A DNA stretch of 64,000 nt from Calditrichia bacterium (GTDB taxonomy: Bacteria; Calditrichota; Calditrichia; RBG-13-44-9; J075), in contig JBOEGD010000030.1 in assembly GCA_050633245.1 (NCBI GenBank), positions 1-64,000 of the forward strand. Direction: 5' to 3'. A model generated the notes under the pieces. It made no database searches and had not been told where the DNA came from. It saw nothing but the letters and a program-made list of their open reading frames with translations. This document shows positions 29,299-38,799 of this stretch, piece after piece (the stretch's first letter is position 1; every line of letters starts with the position of its first letter). The position numbers and the translations under genes are program-made.

Positions 29299-29365
29299 AA
29301 AAATGCCGTTTTCTCGTTATCTCGCCTGTATCGGGCTGACAGATAGTCTGGAAGCCGGCATTTTT
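29299..29365 (+). other. Long imperfect hairpin (candidate structured RNA)
   Basis: AAAAATGCCG/CGGCATTTTT outer stem plus inner TTTTC/GGAAG, TTATCT/AGATAG and GCCTG/CGGGC stems. Confidence 0.45.
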
Positions 29366-29668
29366 CATTGCCTAAATAGACGATTCTAACCGGGTGCATC
29401 ATCACAGGCTAACAGCTACACGCCTCGAAATTTATCATGAAATCGTTTAATAACCGGACGTCCATTGCTCGAGGAAATTTCAACCTCCTCGAGTAGAAAT
29501 CTGCTCGTTGCACCATAAAACCATCGTTGAAGCACAAGTGCGCGGATTGATTGCGATAAATCCAACCAGCCTTTTTTCTTGATACAAAAGGCTAACAAAT
29601 AACAAAGCATTGAGATAGCCGCAGCATGTACGGCAGAAAATAGAAATAAATATTTCTGTCGCTGAATA

Positions 29669-29697
29669 TTGACAAACTCAAAAAAACGTTGTATTCT
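29669..29697 (+). promoter_or_regulatory. Sigma-70 promoter of the Lrp gene
   Basis: TTGACA-17 bp-TATTCT. Confidence 0.7.
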
Positions 29698-29702
29698 TTT
29701 TA

Positions 29703-29750
29703 GTCGCTAACACAGCCGCCAGTCAGTTAGCCGGCGGCTGTGTTAGCGAC
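29703..29750 (+). other. Perfect 18-bp stem-loop at the predicted 5' end of the Lrp transcript
   Basis: GTCGCTAACACAGCCGCC-N12-GGCGGCTGTGTTAGCGAC. Confidence 0.8.
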
Positions 29751-29820
29751 ACTGATCTTACCTGAAACACTACGGACATTATCTTTATTCCTTCCGGGAA
29801 GAATAAGCAAGGGGCATTGA

Positions 29821-30306
29821 ATGCATCGGGATAAACTGGATGACATTGACATTACACTAATTGAGCTGCTGCAGCAGAAGGCACGAATTAAACGTGGACA
29901 ACTGGCAGAGAAGGTCGGGTTATCTATTCCGACAATTAGCGAGAGACTCCATAAGCTGGAAGATCACGGTATTATTCGCGGCTACCACGCTGTGCTTGAA
30001 CCACGCAAAGTAGATCTGCAAATTACAGCATTCATTTTTCTGATTACGGAATCGTCCACCTATTATACCGAAATTGTCGCTAACGCAGAGGCACGAAAAG
30101 AAGTGCTGGAATGCCATGCAATTACCGGTAAAGGGTCGCATCTGCTAAAGGTTCGCTCACAAAATACTGCTTCACTCGAAAAGCTGCTTGCAGATATTCA
30201 ATCCTGGCCCGGCGTAAAACATACCATGACGGACGTCGTGCTATCCAGTACCAAAGAAACAACTGAGCTTCCCCTAAATCATCTACGAAAGCAGCCCGAC
30301 AAGTAA
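29821..30306 (+). CDS. Lrp/AsnC family transcriptional regulator
   Basis: LDDIDITLIELLQ, LAEKVGLS..ERLHKLE..GIIRGY, ECHAITG. Confidence 0.95.
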   Translation: MHRDKLDDIDITLIELLQQKARIKRGQLAEKVGLSIPTISERLHKLEDHGIIRGYHAVLEPRKVDLQITAFIFLITESSTYYTEIVANAEARKEVLECHAITGKGSHLLKVRSQNTASLEKLLADIQSWPGVKHTMTDVVLSSTKETTELPLNHLRKQPDK

Positions 30307-30415
30307 CGTTTCCGGCCCCACAGCAATATTCGCCCTTTTTAGCTACGTAAATCATTGATTTGAAAGCAGTTCCTGATTAACTTCTGCCGAGACCTTATGT
30401 ATCGGGAGGAAATGA

Positions 30416-32224
30416 ATGAAGCTATGGTTAAGAATATCGCTACTACTATTGATCCTGCAGATAGTCGCAGCTGCGCAACCTGCTTATACCATTTACAATG
30501 TTTCGATCGTCAATGTAGAAACCGGTACAATTTATGAACGAAAGAACCTAACTATTGCCGGTAGCAGAATTACCGGAATCTCCGATGTTATTGTCAATCT
30601 AAGTGGGCAACCACACGTTATCGATGCAAGCGACAAATTTCTTATTCCCGGCCTCTGGGATATGCACACGCATACCATCAATTATTTTGTTTACGATCAA
30701 TTTCTTCAGCTAATGCTCGCCAATGGCGTGGTGGGATTCCGCGATACCTGGGGCAATCTGGAGCTTGCTGCAACCATTCGCAGCGAAATTCAAAACAGAC
30801 AGCGTCCACCAATGCTTTTTCAGGTCGCAGGAAACTTGGTAGATGGGCGACCACCGATTTGGCCGGGATCCAATGTTGCAGCGGATAGTGCTACAGCTGT
30901 TGCAATGGTAGACTCGCTTGCAGATGCCGGCGCCGAGTTCATCAAAACCTATTCTCGTCTTAATAAGTCTACATTTTTTGCGATTGCCAAACGAGCCAAA
31001 GAACGCGGCATTCGCTTTGCCGGTCACATTCCAAATCTTGTTAAGCCCATTGAGGCCTCTGAGGCAGGCATCTACTCGGTAGAACATTTAACCGGTATGC
31101 TGGAAGCCTGCTCAATGTATGAAGACAGCTTGCTTGCACTGCAGGCGAAGGCAAACGGCTTCTGGGCGAAGTGGGATGTCGCTTCTGCTCGTAAAACAAT
31201 GGATGAAATGAGCCGGCTGGCAATTAAGGGCTTTAGCGAGGAAAAAGCTCAGGCTCTCTTTAAGGTGCTAAAGGAAAACAAAACCTGGCAGGTGCCCACG
31301 CTCGTTACTAATCGCGCGTATGCCTACATGAACGACAGCACGCTAACCAACGATCCACGAAGACAATATCTAAACAAAGGCGTCACGCAAAATTGGGATG
31401 TTGAGAATAACAACTTTATCGCGAGTCGTACGCCGGAAGCGTGGGAGTCTGCGCAACAGCAATTTCAAATGGAATTGAAGATCATTAAAATGATGTATGA
31501 GGCAGGTGTTCCTATACTCGCCGGCACCGATCCACCCAACCCGTGGTGTTTTCCCGGTTTTAGTCTGCACGATGAGCTTGAACTAATGGTAAGTGCCGGA
31601 CTCCCACCGCTTGCAGCGCTTCAAACTGCGACGCTAAACCCGGCAATGTTTATGGATGCTACTGACTCTCTGGGAACGGTGCGCATCGGCAATCGAGCCG
31701 ACTTGATACTGCTCAATGCCAATCCTCTTGAAAACATTTCCAATACGCGCTCAATTGAAGCCGTCATTAGTGGTGGTATCTTACTTCAGCGAGACAGTCT
31801 GGACACTGTACTTGGCAAAATTTATGAGCTGAATGGTAAAAAGTCCATCTACGACGCCATGGCCAAAATTCTGCGAACCGGTACCTTTGAGGAAGCGCTT
31901 GAGTTTTACTCCGCCGTTCAGGCTAAAGAAAGCAGCAGCTATGATCTGCGAGAGAGTGAATTGAACCGACTCGGCTACTTTCTGCTCAGCAGTGAACGTG
32001 CAGAAGAGGCAATTACAATCCTGCGAATAAATTCCGATAATTATCCTGAATCAGCCAACTGCTTCGACAGCCTGGGTGATGCCTATTTGGCAGCAGGACG
32101 CACCGAAGAAGCACTCGCAAGCTACCAAAAGGTGTTGGCTCTGGATCCGACAGGTGAATTTGGCAGACTTGCACGCGAAGCTATTGCCGAAATTGAACAG
32201 CAACAGCAAAACGAACAGGAGTGA
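30416..32224 (+). CDS. Secreted amidohydrolase with C-terminal TPR
   Basis: IPGLWDMHTH, FAGH, SVEH, LAGTD, GNRADLILL; LNRLGY..DSLGDAYLAAG TPR. Confidence 0.9.
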   Translation: MKLWLRISLLLLILQIVAAAQPAYTIYNVSIVNVETGTIYERKNLTIAGSRITGISDVIVNLSGQPHVIDASDKFLIPGLWDMHTHTINYFVYDQFLQLMLANGVVGFRDTWGNLELAATIRSEIQNRQRPPMLFQVAGNLVDGRPPIWPGSNVAADSATAVAMVDSLADAGAEFIKTYSRLNKSTFFAIAKRAKERGIRFAGHIPNLVKPIEASEAGIYSVEHLTGMLEACSMYEDSLLALQAKANGFWAKWDVASARKTMDEMSRLAIKGFSEEKAQALFKVLKENKTWQVPTLVTNRAYAYMNDSTLTNDPRRQYLNKGVTQNWDVENNNFIASRTPEAWESAQQQFQMELKIIKMMYEAGVPILAGTDPPNPWCFPGFSLHDELELMVSAGLPPLAALQTATLNPAMFMDATDSLGTVRIGNRADLILLNANPLENISNTRSIEAVISGGILLQRDSLDTVLGKIYELNGKKSIYDAMAKILRTGTFEEALEFYSAVQAKESSSYDLRESELNRLGYFLLSSERAEEAITILRINSDNYPESANCFDSLGDAYLAAGRTEEALASYQKVLALDPTGEFGRLAREAIAEIEQQQQNEQE

Positions 32225-32228
32225 GACT

Positions 32229-32699
32229 ATGCGCCAACAAACAATCGGAATGTTGTTTAAAACGCTGATTATCGCATTGTTGGGAATTTCCTTCAACGGC
32301 TGCGGCCTGTTTAACTCCAACGATCGTTCTGAATTAGATGAGCAGCTGGCCAAATGGCAATCGTTCAATCTATCTAATTACTCGTATGAATTTCGCGCCA
32401 GCTGTTTTTGTTTTCCAGAGTTCAACGAATGGGTTTCGGTTACCGTTAAAGACGACACTATTTCAAGCGTTACCATTCTCAGTACTACCGAGCCACCGCA
32501 GGAACTTCCACTAAACAATTGGTTTACAATTGACGATCTCTTCGAGACTGTTTCTACCGCTGTTGAAACTGCGGATGAGTTCGAGATTTCCTACAATGAT
32601 GAATATGGCTATCCGGAAGTAATTTCAGTAGACTATATCGAAGAAGCGGTAGACGATGAGGTGACGTATAACTCGATAAACCTTACAATTGATGAATGA
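32229..32699 (+). CDS. Lipoprotein (DUF6174-like)
   Basis: Lipobox FNGC, W...NYSY..SCFC, TIDDLF, YGYP, DDE; ATG 32229. Confidence 0.75.
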   Translation: MRQQTIGMLFKTLIIALLGISFNGCGLFNSNDRSELDEQLAKWQSFNLSNYSYEFRASCFCFPEFNEWVSVTVKDDTISSVTILSTTEPPQELPLNNWFTIDDLFETVSTAVETADEFEISYNDEYGYPEVISVDYIEEAVDDEVTYNSINLTIDE

Positions 32700-32727
32700 T
32701 GATTGATGAGGTATGATTGATTGTGTA

Positions 32728-33507
32728 TTAAGGAGTCCAAGCCTCTTCAAGCGTTTCGCGAAAAAGAAGATCTAGAACCTCGGTTGAGGGCGTATCGTTC
32801 CTTTGCACTGATTTAACAATATTCGAAAAATAGTCTATTTCCCGCTCAAGAAACCGGTTGAGAATCTCAATCTTCGGTTCCTTATCCATCTCCATACCAC
32901 CGCGCTTTCTTTCCAATAAGCGAAGAACCTCAGATTTAACTGCTAAATCGTTAAGCTGAGAGTTTATAAGCTTCTGAAACTCCATTGGTGCAATGGTATC
33001 GGTCTGTTCTATCCATTTGCAGGCAAGAATTGGCCTGAGAACATAAAAGTATTTTTTAACTTTTACCATATCAGCTTTCAGATACTCACGAAAGTTTCCA
33101 GACGCCATGTTTAGATAATGATGTAAGCACGATTTTGCGCTAAAGTAGTCTGCCGACAGTCTGCGGAGGCGTTCGGTAGTTGAGAATTGCTCCAGATAAA
33201 CCAAGGGGCTGCCCAGCCATTCAAGCAATGGAGGATTCGATTTCCTAAACAGCCGAAGTGCCTTTTGCAATTCCCAGCCGGCAAAGTCCAAATCGTTTGG
33301 CAACATAACCTCAATTGTATCGCGCTTATTATCAATAGAAAGATACCATTCTGGCTTATGAATGTAGACAAAACGTACATCCCAGTCGCTATCCTGCGAG
33401 GCAAATCCCCAAGCTCGACTTCCGGATTCAACGGCAAAAAGGACTTTAACATTATGTTCACATTCAAAGTTGCGCAATTCTGTGGTAATAAGATTTTGTA
33501 TATTCAT
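32728..33507 (-). CDS. Pol-beta superfamily nucleotidyltransferase (YcgL/RlaP-like)
   Basis: ESGSRAWGFASQDSDWDVRFVY, KSNPPLLEWLGSP, KKYFYVLRP. Confidence 0.88.
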   Translation of the reverse strand: MNIQNLITTELRNFECEHNVKVLFAVESGSRAWGFASQDSDWDVRFVYIHKPEWYLSIDNKRDTIEVMLPNDLDFAGWELQKALRLFRKSNPPLLEWLGSPLVYLEQFSTTERLRRLSADYFSAKSCLHHYLNMASGNFREYLKADMVKVKKYFYVLRPILACKWIEQTDTIAPMEFQKLINSQLNDLAVKSEVLRLLERKRGGMEMDKEPKIEILNRFLEREIDYFSNIVKSVQRNDTPSTEVLDLLFRETLEEAWTP

Positions 33508-33538
33508 AAACTTTTCACTTGAGTATATATACTATGCC

Positions 33539-34222
33539 CTAGCTTGCCAATGCAAAATCTACCGCTGCACCAACATGAATCTGTAGCGTATCAAAAACCG
33601 GAACGGAAACATCGCCCTGCGACAGCAGCAGCGGAATTTCGGTACAGGCAAAGGCAATACATTCGACGCCATCCTCAACGAGCTCGTCAACGATTTTCAG
33701 ATAGGCAGCTTTCGTTTCCGTTTTTAGAATTCCTCTACCTAATTCTTCCTTCAGCGTGTGCTGAATATAATCACGCGTCTTTTGCTCAGCCGGAACAATG
33801 GCCTCGATCCCGGCAGCAGAAAGACCATCTTTGAAGAAGTCGGCCTCCATGGTAAATGCCGTGCCCAATAAGCCAACGCGCTTGAGCTCTGCTTTCTGAA
33901 TGGCCGTTGCCGTCTCCGATACAATGGAGATCAATGGAACGTTAATTTCTGCTTGTAGCTTTTCTGCGTACAGATGGGCCGTATTTGCACAGAGCATGAG
34001 ACCTTCGGCTCCACTGCTCTGTAAACTTTCGCAGGCATTTAGCAAGAGCGGAAACGCATTACCCCAACCACGAGCCTGCAACTCACCAAAGTTCAGTGAG
34101 TACAAAATAAGCTCAGCAAAGTTTAACCCGCCCAACCGGGCATTTATGCCTTCATTGATATTGCGATAATATTCGACGGTTGAGACCCAGCTGAGTCCAC
34201 CGACGAGACCGAGTTTTTTCAT
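33539..34222 (-). CDS. Aspartate/glutamate racemase family protein
   Basis: MKKLGLVGGLSWVST, CANTAH, ACTEIPLL; ATG 34222. Confidence 0.92.
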   Translation of the reverse strand: MKKLGLVGGLSWVSTVEYYRNINEGINARLGGLNFAELILYSLNFGELQARGWGNAFPLLLNACESLQSSGAEGLMLCANTAHLYAEKLQAEINVPLISIVSETATAIQKAELKRVGLLGTAFTMEADFFKDGLSAAGIEAIVPAEQKTRDYIQHTLKEELGRGILKTETKAAYLKIVDELVEDGVECIAFACTEIPLLLSQGDVSVPVFDTLQIHVGAAVDFALAS

Positions 34223-34280
34223 AAAATCTCCCCGGTAAGGACGAAATTGTAAGTAAGAACATAATTCATTGCGTTCCCAC

Positions 34281-35804
34281 TTACTTCTTTTTGACGAATT
34301 CATATGTCATATCACCAAACGCTTCAGCAGAGAACACCAGTTTTTTTACAGAGTTCTCTATCGCAAAAAGTTGTACTTTTGCCGGGCTAAATTCTGGTCG
34401 GGAAAACGTACACAAAAAGCTGTCGTTACCGATCGGCTGTAACCTCCCGGACAACTGGTTTTGATGCTGCAAAAAGTTTAACGTTAAGCCAGAATCGGAT
34501 TGAGTAATCGATACGCTGCCATAGAGTTTATTGGCGTATTTCCCGCTAAATGCTTTTAACGTTTCAGGAGAAACCTGAATTATTCCTTCCTCAATTGTCT
34601 TCTGTGCTGCAAGCTCCGCCTGCCACTCCTCGGAAAACTCTGCCAAATAAGTAGTGCTGAAAGACTGATACGGTTCGTCTTGCAATGCATAGTGAAGCTC
34701 ATCTGCGACAGCTTCCGCAAAATTATGAGATCTTGAGTTCGTGAGCACAACAACACCAAAGCGCCTTTCCGGAAGCACCATTAGAAACGATTTAAATCCA
34801 TCTGTTCCTCCGTCATGAAAATACGTTAGATTATCGAACTCATCGTGAATAGACCATCCCATTCCAGAGAAAAAAAATCGTAGCTGATTGCTATTATCTT
34901 TTCGAGTACGATATCCTCGTAGTTGATAGGGCTTTCGGATGATCTTCATGCTGCGCTCCGAAAACACCCGTTTGCCATCAACCATCCCCATATCCATAAA
35001 GGCCATCATCCATTGGCACATATCCCTGGCAGTCGACGAGATAGAACCAGCCGGTCCCATATTGTCTATATTCTCTACCGAAAGTTCCAACAATGCATTG
35101 CCGTTTTTTAAATGCGGAGAGGCAATATTGGTATTTAATGGGATCTGGGAAGACAGTGCATAACTATTGTTCATTTTCAGAGGTAGAAAAAAGCGATCCC
35201 GTACTGCTTCTGCCCAACTGTTACCGATGGAACGTTTAATTACCACATTCAATAGCATGTAGGACAAGTTGTTGTAGATAAATTTTTGTCGGACTTGGTG
35301 TTGCGGTGAAAGCTCAGACAGGATATTTAATAGATGCTGCGTATCGTGTTCAGTTTTCCAAAAGAGAAAGTCGCCTTGATGGCTACCAAGACCGGTTCTC
35401 CCGGTTAATATATCCTCTACTATAATATGTTTAGAGGCAAGCCGGTTTTTTAACTGAAAATCCGGAATCCATTTCTTAATGGTATCATTTAGGGACAACG
35501 TATCGCTTTCACTAAGCAAAACCGTCGTCGCGCCAGTTATCGCTTTCGTAAGCGAACCAATCATAAATAGGGTATTTGAATCAACTCTTGTCTGCCTGCG
35601 AATGCTTTTTACACCATAGCCTTCACAGAAAATGATCTCTCCATCTTTTACCACTCCGATAGTGAGACCCGGGATATCCCAGCTCTTCAAACCATCTTGA
35701 ATATAGGTATCCAGGGAATCGTTGATGAAGGTGGAGAACCTACATGGTTGTGCCAGTACTGGGAATACGGCGCACAGAAGAAGAGCGATGGTGAGTCTAC
35801 TCAT
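34281..35804 (-). CDS. Serine hydrolase (beta-lactamase class C-like) with DUF3471-like C-terminus
   Basis: GSLTK (SxxK), YNN, HDGGTDGF, GKYANKLYG; ATG 35804 with signal peptide. Confidence 0.88.
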   Translation of the reverse strand: MSRLTIALLLCAVFPVLAQPCRFSTFINDSLDTYIQDGLKSWDIPGLTIGVVKDGEIIFCEGYGVKSIRRQTRVDSNTLFMIGSLTKAITGATTVLLSESDTLSLNDTIKKWIPDFQLKNRLASKHIIVEDILTGRTGLGSHQGDFLFWKTEHDTQHLLNILSELSPQHQVRQKFIYNNLSYMLLNVVIKRSIGNSWAEAVRDRFFLPLKMNNSYALSSQIPLNTNIASPHLKNGNALLELSVENIDNMGPAGSISSTARDMCQWMMAFMDMGMVDGKRVFSERSMKIIRKPYQLRGYRTRKDNSNQLRFFFSGMGWSIHDEFDNLTYFHDGGTDGFKSFLMVLPERRFGVVVLTNSRSHNFAEAVADELHYALQDEPYQSFSTTYLAEFSEEWQAELAAQKTIEEGIIQVSPETLKAFSGKYANKLYGSVSITQSDSGLTLNFLQHQNQLSGRLQPIGNDSFLCTFSRPEFSPAKVQLFAIENSVKKLVFSAEAFGDMTYEFVKKK

Positions 35805-35966
35805 AGATATCTTTTCCGGTAAAAAGCGACATAAGAGATGTGTTTTAAACACTGAAAGATATGAGGTGCCGACAGGGTAGCCTGGACTTACTGAAGAAAG
35901 ATTCTTCCGTATCCGCACTGCATTGCAGCTTTACCATCTCTTTTCTCTCAGCGAAGCGATCTGTAT

Positions 35967-36986
35967 TTAGATATTCCAGTTTTTCTTGATAAGGCGGGTG
36001 TTGCTTTCGATGCTTTCCAGGATGCGACCGGCAATGTCCAGCGCGCGGCGTCCCTCTTCTCCGGTAACCGGAGGCGTTGAATTATTCAGGATTGCACGGC
36101 AAAACTCCGTCAGTTCATAGCGCATCGGATTCAGCTCTCGCTTTTCCAAACGGGTATAGCGAATTTCTTTCTTGTCCGTGCCGGATTCGATAGCTCCCAA
36201 AGAAAAGGCCAGGCTTTCATCAGCCGAACGAAAGCGATCGGTGTCTACATGATAAATTTCGGTAATGCCTTCCGTGAAATCCACCGAAACATAAGCACTC
36301 GGCTCGAAGAAGCGCATCTTGCGCATCTTTTTAGCGGAAATGCGGCTGGCGGTAACGTTTGCCACGCAGCCATTGGCAAACTGCAAACGACAATTGGCAA
36401 TATCTTCTGTTGGAGAAATAATTGAAGCGCCTGAGGCATGCACTTCTGTAACCGGACTTTTAACAAAACTGAGGATCAGATCAATATCGTGAATCATTAA
36501 ATCCATTACCACGGCAACATCGGTTCCGCGCGGGTTAAAGTTTGCCATGCGATGGGCTTCTATAAACAGCGGATTGATTTCGAGCGGCTCCAGTGCCATA
36601 ATCGCCGGGTTGAATCGCTCGATATGACCAATTTGAATCTTTAGCTGCTTTTTCCTTGCAAGTGCAAGAAGTTCATCAGCTTCTTCAAGGGTGGTTGTCA
36701 TCGGCTTTTCAATGAATACATGCTTTCCGCTGCCTAAAGCCTGCCTAGCAAGCTCGTAATGCCAGGTGGTAGGGGTAACGATGCTGACTGCATCAACCTT
36801 CGCAAGAAGGGCTTCTGCCGAATCAAAGACAGGAACATCAAACTCTTTGCCAATCTCTTTGGCGCGCTCGGTACCCGTATCAAAAACACCAACGAGTTCT
36901 GCTTCTTCAATTTCCTTAAGCTGCATGGTATGAAATCTGCCAAGATGACCGACGCCTAAAACGCCAATTCGAATTTTATCCGCCAT
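35967..36986 (-). CDS. Gfo/Idh/MocA family oxidoreductase
   Basis: GVLGVGHLG, HVFIEKP, GHIERFNP, DLMIHDID; ATG 36986 follows the upstream stop. Confidence 0.92.
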   Translation of the reverse strand: MADKIRIGVLGVGHLGRFHTMQLKEIEEAELVGVFDTGTERAKEIGKEFDVPVFDSAEALLAKVDAVSIVTPTTWHYELARQALGSGKHVFIEKPMTTTLEEADELLALARKKQLKIQIGHIERFNPAIMALEPLEINPLFIEAHRMANFNPRGTDVAVVMDLMIHDIDLILSFVKSPVTEVHASGASIISPTEDIANCRLQFANGCVANVTASRISAKKMRKMRFFEPSAYVSVDFTEGITEIYHVDTDRFRSADESLAFSLGAIESGTDKKEIRYTRLEKRELNPMRYELTEFCRAILNNSTPPVTGEEGRRALDIAGRILESIESNTRLIKKNWNI

Positions 36987-36987
36987 T

Positions 36988-38277
36988 CTAAAGATCGCTT
37001 TCGGTTGTTTCCGCCAACTCATATTCCTTCCGGCCATCCAGCGCGCGAAATAGATAATCGAAACGCTTGCCCTGCTTCTCATCAAAATAGGTCCAGCGTA
37101 AATAAGGAGTCGGTATTGGTGCCAGGCTGCGATCGAGAATTTCAGCCGGGGGGCCATTTGAAATGTAAATCTTTCCCAGATCCGTTTCCCAACCGAGCCG
37201 ACCGCGATTGCTAAACAGCTTCAGTGTAGAATCCACCCGCGTGTAAAACTCCAGCTCCAGCTCATTGAAAGGCGTATTTGCAGTAGGGTCGCGCTCATCC
37301 CAAAAGCTGCGAACATTGGCCAGCTTCTTATCACCATTACCTTTAATCAACCCCTTAAACGTTTCTTTATCGATAATATACTTCAACGGGCGCGTGGCAA
37401 GCTCAGGGCTCCAGCGGCTAAGCGGTTTATTAAACCATACAATATTCACAGGAAGAATATGCTTTACAGAATCATCAGCCGTGCTGTGAACAATTTCAAT
37501 GCGATAGGTTTTCTCGCGCAGCTTTTCTTTGGGCAGAACGATATGTAATTGCGCCTTCGCTGTCGTCGTCGTATCGTTTTTAAAAACCATCTCACCAGAC
37601 TCATTGTCTTTTACCCGCACGACTGTTTGAATATTTGCATCACCCTCAAGAACTGCAGCAGACAGGTAAAGTCCCATATCTTTATTAAAATGCCAGTTTC
37701 CACGTAGTGGAGACGGTTGCGCAGTTACACCGGGGATGGCAGTTTTATTTTCTTTTGCGGGATAATAAAGCAGTGGGGGCGAACTAGCCAGCGTACTCGG
37801 CGTTTCCAGAGTCAGCTTTTGCCGGTAGGCGATTCGCTGCTGTCCGTTCAGATCGCGCTCTTTAAACTGAATGGTATAGGAAGCCGCTGGCAGGTCCAGT
37901 GAGTCTACAGTTAGCAGATAGCGATTACGGCTATTGGCCTTCGAATAGCTATCGGTGTCGATGGAAACGCGCCATATTTTATGATTAACCTGATCGGGAC
38001 CGCCTTTGAATGTAACCTCTACCTCTGCCTCGGCTCGAAACGTTCCACCTTCGTGCAGAAATTGCAAAAAGCTATGCCGGATATTAGCCATGAGGTAAAC
38101 CCGGAAAGTATCTGCAGACAGATGCTTTGGATAGGCCCTGAAGGTAACCGGTATAACCTGCGGGTATTTGCTTTTCAGAAACGACTTCTCATAGGTCTCT
38201 TTATAGGCATTCTGTCCCATTGTTGATAAGCTGAAAAAGAGACCCACTAGTAATACGGCACGGAAAAGCTGCTTCAT
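36988..38277 (-). CDS. GWxTD domain-containing exported protein
   Basis: FWDERDPT..PFNE..EFYTRV..GWETDLGKIYISNGPP; SD AGGAG before ATG 38277. Confidence 0.88.
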   Translation of the reverse strand: MKQLFRAVLLVGLFFSLSTMGQNAYKETYEKSFLKSKYPQVIPVTFRAYPKHLSADTFRVYLMANIRHSFLQFLHEGGTFRAEAEVEVTFKGGPDQVNHKIWRVSIDTDSYSKANSRNRYLLTVDSLDLPAASYTIQFKERDLNGQQRIAYRQKLTLETPSTLASSPPLLYYPAKENKTAIPGVTAQPSPLRGNWHFNKDMGLYLSAAVLEGDANIQTVVRVKDNESGEMVFKNDTTTTAKAQLHIVLPKEKLREKTYRIEIVHSTADDSVKHILPVNIVWFNKPLSRWSPELATRPLKYIIDKETFKGLIKGNGDKKLANVRSFWDERDPTANTPFNELELEFYTRVDSTLKLFSNRGRLGWETDLGKIYISNGPPAEILDRSLAPIPTPYLRWTYFDEKQGKRFDYLFRALDGRKEYELAETTESDL

Positions 38278-38799
38278 TGTAACTCCTAACATGGTATCAA
38301 AAAATATAGGCATTATAGATTTGGCAACGCAAGTCGAAACCTGAATCAAAAAGACATAGATTTATGTGCAGGAACAAACTTTTTTTGTTGATTTGTCGGA
38401 TATATTCGACATGGAAAACTCTCTATATGTTTAGACTCAATTCCTTCAACGATCAACACGTGAAAAAGTTCGCAACCGCACGCAATTGATTGTATCCTCT
38501 GGACTTGCAGGTTTTCAATTTTACGTACAAATAATATGTGATTTTCAATAAGTCATTTCTGCTAAAAATTCGAGACTATTTTTTAACGAAAAGAAGGGGT
38601 TAACGAGCGAGGGATTAATGAGATTTTCCTTGATTTGATTCTTTAGATGCGGTATTTTGGAGCCGGAAATAGAGCGGCTTCATTGATATTTGAAAGCGTG
38701 CTCCACCCACACCGATTTTTGTGATCAATAGCGCCCAAGTTTTTAATAATCAAGTAATTACATACATACATTTACTGTGCTAAATCACGGAGGAGCACG

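Noticed and set aside
29416-29610. 64-aa minus-strand ORF between TrmB and Lrp
   Set aside because: No SD or recognisable motif; cannot be supported as a gene.
35820-35960. Riboswitch upstream of the serine hydrolase
   Set aside because: Some pairing is possible on the minus strand, but no known aptamer motif was recognised and the stems are short.
38350-38799. Cobalamin riboswitch or NrdR boxes upstream of nrdJ
   Set aside because: No recognisable B12-box motifs; AT-rich quasi-palindromes such as ACATAGATTTATGT match NrdR boxes only weakly. An Infernal/PWM scan would decide.
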